Assembly (NCBI RefSeq): GCF_009914755.1
Contig: NC_060936.1
Origin: the human T2T-CHM13v2.0 reference genome, Homo sapiens
DNA: 64,000 bases
Direction: 5' to 3' (one strand)
Shown: positions 39,425-54,990 of the stretch, piece by piece
How positions within the stretch are numbered: the stretch's first letter is position 1
Layout: each line of letters begins with the position of its first letter
Translations under genes and position numbers: made by a program
Notes under the pieces: model-generated
Told to the model about the DNA's origin: nothing
The model's database searches: none
What the model saw: the letters and a program-made list of their open reading frames with translations, nothing else

Positions 39425-42400
39425 GGTTTGACCCTTGATCCAATATTATATGGTTTGTTGTAGTGTCTAGGGGGTAGCGCTTCCATTCTTTTATCCATGG
39501 TCAACCAACTTATTTCAGCACTCTTAACATCAGACTCTTGAATCAGAAAAGAGGCCTATGTATTTGAGGGGAAGAATAGAGTATGTGAAGACTGGCTCTC
39601 AAGCCAGACAGCTGGGATTTAGATCCACTTACTACTTCACCACTTACTAAGTGAATAACTGTGTAAAGCTTTTAATCTCTCTGTGCCTTAGTTTCTTTGT
39701 TTGTTAAGTGCCAGATAATTCCTATCTCAAGGGCTATTATGAGGATAAAATGAGTTAATAAATTACAATATGCTTAGGAAAGAGTCTGGACATATTGACA
39801 GCTTTAACGCATGGCTGTTGTTGGCATTGATGGTACTGATAAAGAAGGGAGTGATTTCAACCACTGGTCATCCTGTTCCTGAAGCTCAAGCATTCAATCC
39901 TGTCACCTCTTGGGCTGAGAGTCCTTGTGTGTCTGGGGAAAGCTGAGGGGACCTGGTAGATGGCAAGAGATATAACGATAAGTCCCACCTCATCACCAGG
40001 ACTCAGTCCACCTACCACTGCCCCATATCAGTCTGTAGAATCAGGGCTGTATTCTTACTGGTTCATCTTGTTAGGGCAGTTTTATCAAATTGATGGTGGT
40101 TTGAGAGAAGGTGTTCTCCCTCCTTTCCCTCCCTCCCTTAGTCTTACTCTAATTTCTGAGACCGGTTTAAAGATCTAAGGGCCTCATTATTGCCTCAACT
40201 GCTTTTGCTTATTTAGGTAGACAAAGTTTAATCAAAACATTTCTGTTGCCAGGTCAAGATGACCTGTACAAAGTTATCTTGATTTATTCAAAGGATTATT
40301 CCAAATCAACACGTATTTCATATAACTCACGCATATTACTTCAGTCAAGACAGACCAACTTTAAGGGAAAAAAATACCCATTATACAAGGCACAGCTGAA
40401 AAACTCAAGTCATTTTATGAACTATTGTCATCCCACAAAAAGAAACTTATTTAATCTAAAAGATTTCTCAGCAGTCTAAATTTAACTTCTCTGATATAAA
40501 GCACGTTTTGCATAATCATCATTATGTGCCACATGTGGGCATTGTATTATATTTATGAAAGGAATTGAAGTCCTTTGTGATACTTTTGCTCCTGCTGTTT
40601 TTGCTATGTTATGATAAATTGCTGAAAATTATGCAAAGTATATATCATGAATATGACACTAATTATTCATTAATGGCATGGAGAGATTTAAAAGCTTTGA
40701 AGCAGCCTGGAGAACTGTAAATCCATTTACAATCTCCAGCTTGTAACCCTTACAAGTGAAAAATTTGAAAAAGATGAAGTGTAAGCTGAGTATTATTAAT
40801 TGAACTTGACATACCTTAGTTGCAAAAATGATGATGCAGCACTGCCTCTTGAGGCAAGGGCCCTGGCTTAGCTCACTTCCTGTTGTATCTTAGGCATATT
40901 TTAAGAGCAGTCTGTGGTATCTAATAACTCCATTTCCAGATGAAGTAATTCATTCATTCATTCATCAAATGTCTGATGAATATCTACTACTATTGAAGGA
41001 AGGGAGGCATTAAATAAATATATCAGATGTAATAGGTATTGTGGAGAAATATACAGGAATACTGGGAAGGAGTCACTATTTCATTTCAGGAGTTCAAGAA
41101 AAATCTCTATGATAATGGGTGAACTAAGCACAAAGAGAAATTGGAATTTGCATGTCTAAACCCAACTCTCTAAAGCATTGCAGAATTTTCCCACTGCTGG
41201 GTTTCCTTTGTTTTGTGCATTCCTATGCAGGCTGGCATGGGTGTAGGAAGAGTAAGTGGAGTAACTGAATGGGGGGGTATGGTAGCAGGGGGAATAGCTG
41301 GATTTGGCTGTGGGATAGAGGTAAACTCTGGTGTTTGCATCTAAATGAACAGGGAAAAAAGTCAAGTGCACGAGCAGTGTTGGGATTTTGGAGAGGCCCG
41401 ACCTAGTTGCAAACACCTCCCTAACTTGTCCTTTTCCATTAATCAGTTGAACTCTCATTCTGGGTGCTACCTCTTCACTTTTGCCTACCCAGAAACCCAA
41501 AGTTTCTTCTTTAAAATTCTTCCCTAGTACTTATAATTGCCTAGCCCCTCTTTCATTCAGGGTTGTGCGGGAAAGCCACTCTGTGTCCTCCAGGAATGAA
41601 GTGTTCAATACATAATTTTACAGCACTGTAAGACCACTTAAAAGGTTGGGCATGAAGGTCAGGGAATCCACCTCCCATCACTTCAGCCTGAAGCACCACA
41701 GCAGCAGGTCACAGGTGCCGGCGTGGAAGCCACTGGGATCTCACTAATGCCCTTCTGCAGCACATGATTCTCAAAACTTACCTGGAGCTGCTTCAAACCT
41801 CAAATCTGCCTGTAACTACCTGCCTGAGAAACAGCCTCTCCTTTCCCACCTTCCATCTGAGCACCCATCATTGTACACTTTAACCCAGAACTTTATGGAG
41901 AAGGGGATTCTGGGAAACCAGAACCAAGTTCTGGTCGCAGCTTCTCAGCAATGCAGAGGACTCAGAAGGAGGTGCTAAGGTGACAACAAACAATATAGTG
42001 CAGCCACCAGCCCTCCTAACAGGTTGTTCCCTGTCCCTTCATTTGAGGCTATGCTAGCCCCATCTCTGTAATACCCAGATGGTTTAAAAGTTGTAAGGTC
42101 TGAAATCTAACACCTGCCTTTGAGACAGAGGAGCAGCTATTTCTGTTTTTTAACATGGGCATGGCTGAGTAAATCACCCAGTCAGAGTTCCTCCCAGAAA
42201 CCCACATCTTTGTTCTGATGCTAACGTTAGGCAACTGTCTTTTTTCAAAGCATAGCAGAATTCACTGGGACCCAATATTTAATTGGATAGTCAGCAGCAG
42301 CCACAAGCCTGCCTATGGAAATGTCCTTGTGTTTGTGATGCAGGGGAGGGAAAAGAAACAAGGAAAGACAAGCTAAAAATTCCTTCCACCATAACTGCCC

Positions 42401-42534
42401 ACAGAGGAATTAAAGAAGGTTCCCTTTGTCGTGTCCAGCCCCTGCAGTGAGAGTATCAATCCTCATGCACACGTGTATTGAGCGTCTATTATGTTCCAGG
42501 CATTGTGCCAGGCACTGGAGACTAAAAAATAAAT

Positions 42535-43030
42535 GTTCTAGTTATCTATTATTGTATAACAAACAACTCCAAAACTTGTATGTTAAAATAATAGTCATTC
42601 TTTTTGCTCTCAAATCTGCAATTGAGCAGGACTTGGTAGGGACAGCTTCCGTCTGCTCCATAGGACATCAGTCGGAGCAGCACTACTAGTGTCTGGAGGA
42701 CCCCCCTTTTAAGGTGGCTGACTCACATGGCTGGAATGTTGGTGTTGGCTGTCAGCTGAAAGCTCAGTCAGGGTTGTGGGCTGTGGGCCTCTTCACAGGC
42801 TGCCTAGGCTTTCTCATGACATCGTGGCTGGGTTCTAGGAGAACAAGGTAAAAGTGAACTTTTACGACCTAGCCCTAGAAGCATTTATTCTGCTGTACTC
42901 CACTGGGAAAGGCAGAATGAAGGGGAAGGGACATAGATTCCACCTCTTGATGGAGAGTCATAAGGTTCTAGAAGATGTGTGGGATGAACAGTAATGTTGG
43001 GGCCATCTTTGGAAAATATAAGCTGCCACA
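42535..43030 (-). mobile_element. MLT1-family LTR inserted in an L2 relic
   Basis: TAGTTATCTATT..TGTATAACAAAC, CTCACATGGCTGG, GGCCATCTTTGGAAAATA...GCCACA; L2-like sequence on both sides. Confidence 0.7.
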
Positions 43031-44449
43031 ATATGCTCAGCGTATTTGAGGAGCTCACTAACTAGCAATGAAGGCAGATGTGAAACAGATAGAATACAGT
43101 TTGAAAAGTTCTATGGAAGCCCTGGGGAATTTCATACTCTGCAGAGATTTCAGGAAGGTTAAGAGAGGTGACCTGGGACTTAAAGGATGATTAGATATTC
43201 ACCAAGTCAGAAAGTAGAAGGGCATGGCATTCCAGATGGGAAACAACATAAACGATGGCATGATAGACTTTGAATTGAGGCCTTAGGGCTCCTCTGTGCA
43301 CCTCTGCTTCCCAGACAGAGTGTGAATCCCATGAGGACTGCACGGATTTCTCCCTAGTCCACAGTGCCTGGCTCATCATGTCATCTTGACTTTCACATTA
43401 TATATGCTCGCTTAGCAATTTCCCATGAACATAATTGACATCAGATACAATTGTTCTAGACCTTAATGACAGAGCTAGAAAGATGTGCATTTTATAGTAA
43501 TTTTTTTCCAAAATGTTGCAACCAAATATCATTTAGCCTCTTTACAACCAAATCCATCACACTGTACTTATATTTAAATAAGAATCATCTCAATGCCAAT
43601 TTCTTTCAGGCCAAGGATTTTACTAAACAAACTGTACCAGCCATTACCTACAAACTTAGCCAAGATCATGATGGTCTTCGAAGAAGGTGGTGTTACTGCT
43701 CACTAGAGTACTTTGTTTTTCAGCTCCATTCTTCTTTCTCTCTGTTTTCTACACATGTTGAAATTAAAAAGAGTTTTCTAGAAGACCAGGAGTAGAGCAG
43801 GCAGAAAAATGAAACTATACTACACATGATTTTCCTTGACCTTAGCAGTCCAGCAGGCAGGAAAGAAAAGTACATGTGGTGAGACCTTGTGCCCATTAGA
43901 GTTTCAGAAGTGCATTATGTCGCCTCTTGGGGACTCTCTTCCTCCTCAGTCTGTAGGTTCCTTTCTTCAGCCAGAATATTCTTTTGGATTGTGTAGCAGT
44001 AAATCACTTTGGCATTCATCTGAGGCTGCCTTGATTCAGTTTCTCAGACTCTAATAAGAATCTTCTGAAATCTAGTCTTTTATCAGTGACTCATGGATAA
44101 CATCATATAGTTATAAAAGGGTAACCTGTTACAGGCGTTCGCTGTTCGCTGTTGCTTCTGATTGTTCAAGGGGATCTCCCCCAACTGCACGTATCTGTAG
44201 AAACTCCAGTCAAGTGAAAAACTGTTAGTCTTGATTCCTTATGTCACATAATGTTTTACTTAGTTGACAGAACACAGTTAAGCCATCAATTAAGTACTGA
44301 ATTTTAGTTTGTCATTTCCTTTTTTTCTCTGGTCCCATTTGTACATAGCAAAGCTGTACCTTAATGCCTTTTTAAAATTAACTCTTTTTAAGGAAAGGGA
44401 GTTCTAAATAAACTCTTAAATACTTGGAACTGAAACTTTCTTTGAATGA

Positions 44450-45397
<948 letters not shown>

Positions 45398-45958
45398 ACA
45401 ACCATTTTTTTAAATCATTATTTCATGTCCCTCATTACTTAGCTTTGATTCTGTAGTTCATCATCATGACCACTCACAAGCACCTGAATTCTCTCACTCC
45501 TTTATTCCTTTGACTTATTTGCCGGGCAAAGCCCCGACCATGGTTAAACTGCATCTTGTTCATGCCCACCCCTGAGTGATTTAATGTTGCTGGAAAAAAC
45601 ATGCTGACTGGTTCACTTTACATCATGACCGCAGTCTCACACAGGTACCAGAGAATGCTCAGTGAGCCTGGTACTTTTGCTTCGTCCTCTCTATAAAAAT
45701 CAAGTAACTTTCTTCCTCCCTCTTTTCCCATTTCACTCTCTCTCTCTTTGCTTCTTTCTTTCATTGATTCAATTTTAAAATTTCAACCATTAAAAAATCA
45801 TATAGTGCCTGGCACAATTCAAGGCACTTGGGATACATCAGTGAACAAATCAGAGAGCCCCTACCCTTGTGAAACTCACATTCTAGTGAGGGAAACCGTG
45901 AACAATAAACATAATAAATAAGTAAATAATACAGTATGTTAGAAGGTGATAAATAGAG

Positions 45959-46264
45959 GGCCAGGTGCAGTGGCTCATGTTTGTAATCCCAGCACTTTGG
46001 GAGGCCAAGGTGGAAGGATTACTTGAGTCCCAAGTTGAAGACTAGCCTGGACAACATGGTGAAACCTTGTCTCTACAAAAAATGCAAAAAATTAGCCAGG
46101 TGTATTGGTGCATGCCTGTAGTCCGAGCTACTTGGGAGGCTGAGGCAGGAGGATTACTTGAGACTGGGAGGTTGAGGCTGCAGTGAGCCAAGATTGCGCC
46201 CCTGCGATCCAGCCTGGGCAACAAGTGAGAACCTGTCTCAAAAAAACAAACAAACAAACAAAAA
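45959..46264 (+). mobile_element. AluJ-type element inserted in an L2 relic
   Basis: Full dimer with (AAAC)n tail; TSD AGAAGGTGATAAAT at 45941-45954 and 46265-46278. Confidence 0.93.
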
Positions 46265-47929
46265 AGAAGGTGATAAATGACATGGCACAAGAAAAACCAG
46301 AGCAGAGTGTGGGTATGAGAGCACTAAGGGAAAAGGATAGTCATTTTAAATAGGGTGTTGGGTGGGGGCTCACTGAAGGTGATGTTTGACCAAGATCTCG
46401 AATAGGTGGGGGAGTTGGCCCACTGTTACTTCACACTGCCCTCTCTCTGCCCAATCAACCTTCTCACCTGTTTTCTCTGCACCCTCATCCCTCTCAACCC
46501 CCCTCCACAGACACACACACACAGTTCTGCTGATAACCTTGCCTATACTCTGATAGAAAATGAAAATGCTCAGACAGGATCTTCTGTGACTCCCCACCCT
46601 CAACCTTCCCTCCCACCACCACTCTGTGTGTGCTGTCGCGGGAGCTCTCCTATTATTCGCTGAATCCCCTCTCACCTCACCTTCTCAAGGACTTTGCTCC
46701 TGTAATTGTCTTCCTCTATCTCTCCTGCATCATCATTTTTCCTCTCTACTCAGTTGTTACAAACATGCTCCCATAACTCACAAGATGAAAAATCTCTTGA
46801 CCCCTATACTCTCCTCTAATGACCACTCCGTTTCTCTTCTACACTTCACAGAAAACTTCTTGAAAGATTTGTCTAGTGTCCTGTCTCCATCTCCTCACCT
46901 ACCATTCTGTTTTCAAACTTCTCAGTTTGGGCTTTCTCCCTCACCATTTCACAGAAACCCCTTTTATAAAGGTGGCCTGTGATCAAATCCAGCAGTCATG
47001 CCGTCTCTGTTATCTTACTGGCCTCACCAGCAGCTTTCCTCCACATGGTGAGTCATTCCTTCCTTGAGAAAAACATGCTTCTCTTGGCTTTGGTGACATC
47101 TCATGCTTTCCTGGATTGCTTCCTTCTTCATTGGCTCTTTCTCAATCCCCTTTGCTCACCTTCTCTTCTGTTTGATCTTCAAATATTAGTCTTTTAAGAC
47201 TTGATCCTGGGTCCCCTTTTCTTCTGTATCTCCATCTTCCTGTGACTTTTGTCCAGTTCCATAGCTTTATATAGCTTCTGCCTGTCACTCGAGGCTTTGT
47301 CATCTCAGAGGCTTTAGGCAGCAGGGTTTAGTTTTTGATCTCAGGATGGCAGAAGTGGAGGAGGAGGAATGCTCTTTGCTGCGACCAGGGACCCAGATAA
47401 CAGAAGCTGCATCCAGACACCTGCCTCTGGGGCAGGGAAACACAAATCACACACCAGACTTCAAGGCTCTGCTCACAGCTCAATGGCTAGAGCTCATGAT
47501 ATGGCTCCTGCCTACCCAAGTGGGCTAAGGAGCTCAGATTTCCCTGTGCCTGAAGGAGAGGAGAACCGATGCCAGGGACACACTAGTGACCCCCACAGAA
47601 AATGTTTTCAAATGTACTTTATATATACATGTACATACATATTCACACACACGCACACACACACACACACCCTATAAAGTAGGTGAGGGTAGTTATATCA
47701 GCATTATACCAATGAGGAAGTGATATGAGTTGAGGTATAACCTATCAGATTTCTCTGTTATTAAAAATCATAAGAGCCCCATTTATTGACAGTTTTGTAT
47801 AACCTTTAGGTAAAAACACTTGATAGACTATACCGCTGTGTGCCCTGTAACATCCTCTAATTTTGATCAGCATTTCACCAAGACATAAATATAACAGACT
47901 GAGGAGGGATGTCATAACCCTTCCCAAGT

Positions 47930-48007
47930 GCACATGTATACCTATGTAACAAACCTGCACATTCTGCACATGTATCCTGGAACTTAAAGTAAAATAAAAA
48001 AAAAAAA
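47930..48007 (+). mobile_element. Extreme 3' end of an L1PA (~80 bp)
   Basis: GCACATGTATACCTATGTAACAAACCTGCACATTCTGCACATGTATCC..GAACTTAAA followed by an A tail. Confidence 0.9.
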
Positions 48008-48934
48008 GACAGATAGTAAAAAAAGAAAGTATTTCCAAAGTTAAATTGCTCCCTCACTAGCAGAAGACACCAAATTCTTCTGTCTTTTCTGGGTCTTGCT
48101 TATTTCATGGCTGTTAATCTCTGCAGCGTACTAAGGGCATAGCGATTCATGGGTTACTGATTGGGTCATAGCTGTGAATGGCTGTCAGTGGGTTGATGTT
48201 TTGTGATAATAAAAAGTATACTGTGATGATAAAGTTGTCCCCAAGTTCAGTTTATCTCATATACCATCTAGAAGAGTAGGGAAAACATTATGATGGTCTG
48301 TAAGAAGTGAAGGGACGTTTGGAATTTTATAGATCAGAACTGACATTGCTTACTTCTAAGGAGAGATTTAGTACTGGGATTACCTACAAAGGGAGTATTT
48401 TCTCTCCCAATAGATAGTAGACCAACCTCTGTTCATACTAATTACATTATTTATAATTAGGGTCATCATTGCTTTGCTGAATTTTGAGTTCCCTGAGATC
48501 TTGAACTATGTCTTAACCTTCTTTGTATCCCGAGGGTCCAATTAGGGCCTATGCACTAGGCAACACAGTGCACAGTAGTTAAATCATCTTTAGGTGTTTG
48601 CTGAATGATTTTATGAGTCATTGTGTTGTGAGGCAGATAAAACATTTGCTTTTCATAATAGATCTAAGAAGGTGATGGAAGAAGGTTGTCTATATCAGGG
48701 TGTATTAATTAGCAGTATCAGATATACTCCCACTGCCGGTGGTCTTGTGGATAGATGTAGCCATATGACTACTTCTGTTCAATGGGCTGGGCACAGAAGT
48801 GTTATGTATCCTTATGAGGCCCTCTGAGCTCTGCCTTCCCTCTGGCAGAGTGACCCATCAGCATGAACCACTAAATCACTGCAACGAGCTGACCTGCAGT
48901 AGACATGTAGCATGAACAAGAAATAAACTTTATC

Positions 48935-49228
48935 ATGGCACTAGCCGATAGAAATAATGTAATTTAAAATATTCGGGAGCTACATATAAAAGGTAAAAAT
49001 AAACAGATGAATTTAATAATAGTTTTGCTTATCCAATAGATCTAAGATATCATTTAAACATATGATCAACATACGAATTATTGAGATATTTTACATTCTT
49101 TTTTTGTATATATGCTAAGTCTTCAAAATCTGGTGTGTACTTTCCACAGTCAGCACATCTCAATTTGAACTAGTTATATTTTAAGTGTTTAATGGCCCCA
49201 GTTGCCTACTGTACTGCCAGTATAGCTC
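48935..49228. mobile_element. MER33-like hAT element nested in an old MLT1-like LTR (~48710-49301)
   Basis: TGAGATATTTTACATTCTTTTTT..., CTAAGTCTTCAAAATCTGGTGTGTA, CAGCACATCTCAATTTG; the LTR 3' end resumes at ~49230 (GCAACATAACTTAGCCCATCCTGACT..TACA). Confidence 0.7.
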
Positions 49229-49798
49229 TGCTGTTTGAAGTTACTGATATTTGGGGGTTATTAGTTGCTGCAACATAACTTAGCCCATCCTGACTGCTAC
49301 ACTAAACATTGATTTTCCTTGGATACCCTGATGAAGTAAGTCTTCCAGACTTGACATGGGGATCACCAGGGTTGGTACAAAGTGACAAAGAGTATGTTGC
49401 ATCAGGGGATTCACTTTATGGCAACATAGAGAACCTCTAATGAAATGTGTGAAGATTTGTGCTCAGCCCCTCAGCACTGAACATCTCCTAATTGTGGCCT
49501 AGAGGAGAGTTTACTTTAGTTTCTCATAAATTTAGCCACATTGAAACCTCTGTGGTAAGAGGATGAATTTTTTTCTGCCTGATAATAGTGTTTTAACAAG
49601 GTAATCAATAATGTGAGAAAGCTACTCGAAGTCTCGATCACAAGATGTTCATAAATTCATTTAGGAAGCATTCCTTCTCAATGATTGTGTGCTCAGTAAC
49701 ATGCTGGGTGCTGGGAATACAACTGTGGAGAAGTGTACAGTCTCACAAAGACAGCAATGAAATCTATAATTAGAGTATTCATTAGCTGGAATATGACC

Positions 49799-50210
49799 TG
49801 CATTAGTTTTATATCGCGGCTGAAGAGATTACTTCAAACTTCAAGGCTTCAAGCAACCTATGTTTATGCTCCCACAGTCTCTGTGGGTCAGGAGTCTGGG
49901 TACAGCTCAACTGTGTCCTCTAATCAGGATCCCTCCAAGGCCACCCCAGGGTGTCTGCCAGGTTGCATTCTTTTCTGCAGCTCAAGGTCCTCTCGCATAG
50001 TTATTGGCAGAATTTAGTTTTCCTTGCGGTTGTAGGTCTGAGGTCTTCATTTTCTTGTTGGCCTTCAGCCAGATATAGTTCTCAGCTTCTAGAGACCCCT
50101 CAGAGACCCTCACACAACACAGTGGCTTATTTCTTCAAAGCGAGCAGGAGAATCTCTCTGACCTCTAGGCTCTTTTTTAAGGACTCATCTAATGCATTCG
50201 GCCCAATCCA
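49799..50210 (-). mobile_element. MLT1-family LTR inserted in L2 (L2 ~49660-50720)
   Basis: CACAGTCTCTGTGGGTCAGGAGTCTGGGTACAGCT, TTGGCAGAATT.AGTT..CCTTGCGGTTGTAGG. Confidence 0.7.
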
Positions 50211-50868
50211 CGCTGCAATGGAAGGAGCCCAGCCATGAGGCTGTTGCAGTATTCAAGAAGAGAGATGATGGTTGCTCAAAGGAGGGTGGTGGCAGTAGAG
50301 ATGGAGAGAAGTGGATAGATTAGAGAGAAGTTTAAAAGGTAGAATCAATAAGACTTGGTGATTTGTTGGATATGACATAAGGAAAAAAGAAGTTAAAGAT
50401 GGCTCCTGGACTTGAGCTACTAAGAGGATGATTGTGCCATTTCCTGGTCTGGGGACACTGAGAAGAAGAGCAATTTTGCCAGTGAAGCAGATCCATTATA
50501 GACATTGATGTGTCTGATCTGCCAGTGAGACACCAGGTACCAGGTGCCACAATGACCACTGGCTACACTGATCTGGAGCTCAGAAGAGAGGTGTGGGCCA
50601 AAGATATGAGTCTTGGAGATATCAGCTAATAGGTGACATCTAAACCCATTACAAGGGATGAGATCATCTAGGGAGGACAGGTAGAATGAGACTAGAGCCT
50701 GGATGAAGTCCTCAGGGACCTCCACTTAAAGGTCTACTAAGGGGGAGGGAGTGGCAATTTCACACACACCAATTTCTTGTTGCTGTTACTAATGTCACTT
50801 TCAGGGAATGAATATTGTAATCATTTAGGAACATATAGTACTTCAAGAGGCTTCTCTCCACCAGGACA

Positions 50869-50920
50869 CTGTGTGTGTGTGTCTGTGTGTGTGTGTGTCT
50901 GTGTGTGTGTGTGTATGTGT
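50869..50920. repeat. Imperfect (TG)n microsatellite
   Basis: Directly visible. Confidence 0.95.
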
Positions 50921-52069
50921 TGCAGAGAGGAAATTGCATCCGAATCAGCTGAAGAGCATTTGTAAACTACACTCACAAATTCCAATGTGTCCCTAAGGGA
51001 AAAGAATAACAGATGCAAAAAATTTCTTTTTAGAGACACGTGCCCTCATTTTTTAGAGAAAACTGGAGCTCATAAAAGTACAAGTCATTTGCCCAGTGCT
51101 ACACAGTTGGCTAGATGATAGCCCCACTGAGAGGAGTTAAAGGAGCCCTTTAACCCTCGAGGAATGTACACTTATCCATCAGTTTCACAGGCTAGATTCC
51201 AGAAACATCAAGGAATTCTAGTGTCAGCTATTGGGGGTTACCCAAATGTCCCCCAAGCATTCAGTACCTGTGAGTGGAAGAAAGAAATTCTCACTTATTG
51301 AACCAGTACTATACAACCATGACAGCTCCAGAATGATGCTGCAAGGCAGATATTATTTTCCTCATTTTACAAATGAAGAAACTGAGGCTTATGAATTGAG
51401 TAATGTGCCCACAGATGGCAGAACCAAGCTTGAAATTTGCTCTTACTACTGGCCTTACATTAATTTTTAGGATGTTAAAGCCAACTGTATACATTGTGCA
51501 TTGACTGTAATATATAATTAAGCATTCCTTCAAAAAAAAATTACAGTGGAATTGAGTTCATGAGCAAATACATAGTGTGAGCCTCTCAGCTTTCTTCTTG
51601 TGAAACAGCAGTTCTGAAGCCAGACTGCATTGATGAGAACCAGGCTCCATTCCTTACTTGAGTAAACTTAGCCAAGGTACCAGACTTCTTTGTGCTTTAG
51701 TTCCTCATTTGCAATAAATTAGAATAATAATAATACCGGGGTTGCTGTGAAAATTGAATGATTTAATGTATGCAAAAGCTTTGAAACACCACCTAACGTG
51801 TAGTGGCACTATGTAGCTGGTCCCGTCTCTATCATTACTATTCATTTGCATTCACTATGATTTTTTTTAATCCAAGAGGCTTATCTGAGTTTCCAACTAG
51901 AAATTAATATCTCCTCCTAGCCCCAGAATTTTAGAGTTTTGCTTTGTCCTCTTAACAGTATAGTTATGAGAAAGTGATGCCCAGATAGTTACCTAAGGGG
52001 ATACAGAGCAGATGCAAGTGGCTAACCTGATTTGATCCTTCACGCTCAGTAAATTGAAACGTCAAGCAT

Positions 52070-53400
52070 ATTTATGCCTCAGGGCCTTTGTCTTCTACTC
52101 TTCTCACTGACTGGAATGCTCTCTCCCTGTGTAATAGAACAGCCTCCCTGAGTAATTTCTTCAGGTCTCTGTTCAAATGTAACCTTATCAAAAGGCTTGT
52201 CCACACCACTCTATCTAAAATAGCATCTCCTTCCCACCATTACTTTCTATTTTCTTACTCTATTTTTCTTCAAAGCACATCATCAGAAGTATTACACGTC
52301 TATTTATTGAGGGTCTGTCTCCCCATTAGAGCTTGAGTTCCGCAAGAGCAGGGATTTGGTCTGTTTTGTTCACAGCTGTATTCCCAGCACCTAGGACAGG
52401 CCCTGGAACATCACAGGCCATCAGTAAAGATTTGCAGAATAGATGAGTGGATGTGTGAGTGAATGCTAAGTTACAGTTCACACAATGGGATTCATGGCTA
52501 TCTGCAAAGACCACCATGATTTACAGGTGCATTGTCACCTACACAACTTTGGGACAAACTGGACAGCTCCAGCCCCTCACTGCAGTTAAGAGTACTACCA
52601 TCTGTCCAGTTCCCCAGGCCAAATAACCTCTTCATCATTCTAGGCACGGGATTTTTTTTTCACCCTCCTTATTTGTTCAGTCCCAAGTTCTTTCAAACCT
52701 ACCTCCACTAGATCTCAAGTCCGTCTATTTCTCCTTTCGTTCTGGTTCTAACCACCATCTTGTCTCACCTGGCTACTAGAATAACTTTCTTATTGAACTT
52801 CCCACTCCTATGCTTCCTGTGGACCATTCTCTGCAAAACATGCAGCACGCACTTTTGGAAACAAGTGATCCCTGCCTGTAACTCATTAGTGGCTTCCTAT
52901 TGGCCTTGGAAAATAAATCCAAACTTCTTACCACATTGTACCTGGCCTGGCATGGTCATTCCCAGCCCTCTTCTCTAATCCTATCTTAGGTAACTCTCTC
53001 CACCTCACACTTTACAATGTTCAATCACCCCAGCCTTTTAGTTCCCGGAACAATCTCTGGGCCTTTGTTCTTGCTGTTTCTTCTGCTTGGAATGCTTCTC
53101 ACTTGACTCTTCCTATGCCTAACACCGTCTCATCTTTCAGATTTCAGGATAAAAGTCACCTAATCACAGATCAACCAGCAAATCTTAATCAGGTGCCTCC
53201 AGTTCTTTTCTGCCACAGAACTATATTCTTTTCCTTTTTAAATACTTTTCATAATTTTACATCATGCTTATTTGTTGTCTGATGTCTGTCTCCCACTCTA
53301 GATTGTAAATCCTATCTACTGTGGTATATCCATCACCTGGAAGAGTCCCTGACACAGAGTAGCCACTTAATGAACATTTTTGGGTGTTATTGAATGAATG
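52070..53400 (+). mobile_element. Two L2 3'-end relics in tandem (approximate bounds)
   Basis: CCTCAGGGCCTTTG...CTGGAATGCTCT; AGCAGGGATTTGGTCTGTTTTGTTCAC.GCTGTATTCCCAGCACCTAG; second copy ends TTGAATGAATG. Confidence 0.7.
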
Positions 53401-54151
53401 TCACAGACGAACCTGCAGGAAACCCTGAAGATACTGAGGGAAAAAAGACAGGAATTGGGTGCTTGGATCTCAGGATTTCTGGTGGTTCGGGCTTGTCATC
53501 AAAGACTGATAAATCCTTCCAAAATACTGGTTTCTTATTTATTACCTTCTCAGGTTATAATTTGAGTGAGTAGGAATGCTGTGTTCTTTTCACCATACCA
53601 CCAATATGATGTGGCCCCTCTTGGAGATAACAACAAGCATATTTTTAGATTTACTATGAGCACCTTAACGGCATTATGCCATTTAATACGATTCAATAAG
53701 ATATGCATTGCTATCATTTCCTATTTTACATTTGAACAAACTGAGGCACAGAGAAGTTAAATAGCTTGTTCAAGATCACAGGGCTGGTAAGAGGTAGATA
53801 AATGAATATAAATATGTGAAATCCAACCTCACAGTCCGAATTGCTAACCTCTGAGGCACAGATGCCCACATGGCATTGTACCTATACTCCCATAGTGGCC
53901 TCTACCAGCCCTTTAAATATCATGTTTATCCTGGACACACTTGCTTTGTATCTCTGGCCCAGACTTCTACCCTGAGCTCCAGACTCATTTGTCTAACTAC
54001 CCACAAGACATCTTCTCCTGGGCATGTCAAACTTAACTTTTCCAAAACTGAGTTTATGATCTACCTCTGTACCCCCATCCCCCATGCCCAAACCTGGTCT
54101 GTCTCTATTTCCTCTTCTCAATAAATGGCAACAGGAATCATGAGATGTGGA

Positions 54152-54320
54152 GATGTGTGTGTTTATACTATATATATACACACACATGTATATATATACA
54201 CACACACACATATATATATACACATATATATACACACACATATACACACATGTATATATATATACACACACACATACACACACACACACACACACACATA
54301 CATATATATATGCATACACA
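54152..54320. repeat. (TA)/(CA) compound alternating purine-pyrimidine microsatellite
   Basis: Directly visible; it generates six spurious ORFs in the track. Confidence 0.96.
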
Positions 54321-54963
54321 CTCCTTTGAGAGATGGACTGCTTGGATTAGATAGTGGCATGGCATTTCTCCTGCCTTACTGTTGCAAGGACTGTGACTGT
54401 TACATACCAAGGCATGGACCAAAATTTATTAAATAGAAGGTTTTCAGTATGTTCTTGCTGAACAAAAGAAAAAAAAATTTTGTGTGTGAATCTTATCTCT
54501 TTTTACTCCAGGTAATTTCCCATGATACTCGTTAATTTTCTCAGTCATTTTTCTAAGAATATTTTCCCAAACTTCTCTAAGTGGTAATTTTTCTCTCCCC
54601 AAGGTTTTATTCCCAGGAATTTGTATTGCAGTATATTAATGAAACAACTCTATGTTTCATAAAAATCATTTTCATTTCTTTTCACTTTGGCTCTTGTGCA
54701 CTTGGATTTATGTGGCAAGGAATACTTAATAATAAGGAAAGACCTATCTAGAAACAGCGGTGTAATCATTTGGCAGTAGAGAAAAGAATGATTTATGGGC
54801 CATATAATTAGCAATCATCTGTTTCTCATTTATTTCTCAGGGCTGAAGTTCAGAAGGCATTCAGTAACAAGCAGTAGGTAATGCCTTCTCAGTTCTTCCT
54901 TGAAAAACTGAATATAAATAATAAGCCCCATACACTATATTTTCCCTTAAGTATGTAAAGAGG

Positions 54964-54990
54964 ACACACACACACACACACACACACACA
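54964..54990. repeat. (CA)n microsatellite
   Basis: Directly visible. Confidence 0.96.

Noticed and set aside
47990-48007. AATAAA in a sense-strand L1 tail as an intronic polyadenylation site
   Set aside because: The hexamer is very common in this AT-rich window, there is no clear downstream GU-rich element, and the genomic A-run would confound 3'-end evidence.
53993-54436. Six overlapping ORFs rich in Y/I/H/T/C/V (similar ORFs at 7065-7413 and 13134-13398)
   Set aside because: These are translations of TA/CA microsatellites, which lack stop codons.
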